From a virus (Duplodnaviria; Heunggongvirae; Uroviricota; Caudoviricetes): a stretch of DNA of 15,670 nt. The translations under genes and the position numbers were made by a program. The notes under the pieces were generated by a model, which was not told where the DNA came from, made no database searches, and saw only the letters and a list, made by a program, of their open reading frames with translations. The stretch covers positions 1 to 15,670 of the IMG/VR virus record IMGVR_UViG_2778261161_000003; one strand, 5' to 3'. This document shows, piece by piece, positions 15,275-15,670 of this stretch (positions within the stretch are counted from its first letter, which is position 1; each line of letters begins with the position of its first letter).

Positions 15275-15670
15275 GTGGAAAAAACAGTTAATAGCGATTT
15301 GCATTTAGGTCAGTACTGGAGAATAGACATTGTATGCGATCCAGAACTTCGAGATGAGGTTGAGCAATATTTTTCTCTACACGATGTTGGTTTTAGCAAA
15401 ATTGAAGTTTTTTCCGTCGAAAATCCATATAAACTTGCTCTGTTCTTTGATTTCGCGAAGAAGGGTGTGGAGGTTGCAAAAGCCATTATGGGACTCTTAG
15501 ACCGAAATGATATTGAAATAACGATGTATCGTGCTACGGACAGTAGCCCGCAGTCTGTAAAAAGCATCAAATTGCGTAAGTCTGAAGACGTAGAGAAATG
15601 TAAAGATTTGCTTAGTACGTGTGTTGCAATTGGCGTTCAACGAAATAAGGAAAAAGAGGGGAGTGAATGA
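15275..15670 (+). CDS. Hypothetical 131-aa protein, AT-rich; predicted GTG start directly after the int stop
   Basis: SD AAGGAGGA (15263-15270) overlapping the int stop, GTG at 15275 in frame with track ORF 15254-15670. No family recognised. Confidence 0.45.
   Translation: MEKTVNSDLHLGQYWRIDIVCDPELRDEVEQYFSLHDVGFSKIEVFSVENPYKLALFFDFAKKGVEVAKAIMGLLDRNDIEITMYRATDSSPQSVKSIKLRKSEDVEKCKDLLSTCVAIGVQRNKEKEGSE

Noticed and set aside
1-15670. CRISPR array, rRNA, tRNA or serine-invertase (Gin/Pin-type) invertible fibre segment
   Set aside because: No regularly spaced direct repeats, no rRNA or tRNA-like structure outside coding sequence, and no serine recombinase gene next to the fibre genes; only one fibre/tfa set is present.

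Overview
The window is dominated by a P2-family (Peduovirus-like) prophage remnant spanning roughly 660-15264. It keeps an intact-looking contractile-tail module (sheath FI, tube FII, chaperone E with a predicted E' frameshift extension, tape measure T, U, D), the Ogr late activator, a short tail fibre plus Tfa chaperone, the C-type immunity repressor and a P2-type tyrosine integrase. No capsid, baseplate, replication or lysis genes are present between the C operator region and the tail-fibre gene, so the element looks like a tail-only deletion derivative. Relative to canonical P2 order, the FI-U block is on the opposite strand to D, the fibre genes and ogr. Three visibly AT-rich insertions interrupt the backbone: (1) a 655-aa protein with a coiled coil and two C-terminal transmembrane helices, followed by a 121-aa membrane-anchored protein, between D and ogr; this is my best candidate for an undescribed defence or abortive-infection module. 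(2) A family-9-like glycosyltransferase between tfa and U. (3) A 131-aa ORF just after int. Left of ogr, a Hok/Gef-family type I toxin gene (46 aa, minus strand) is too short to appear in the ORF track. I found no rRNA, tRNA or CRISPR array. All homology calls are from reading the translations against remembered family sequences; no searches were run, and G+C statements are by-eye estimates.
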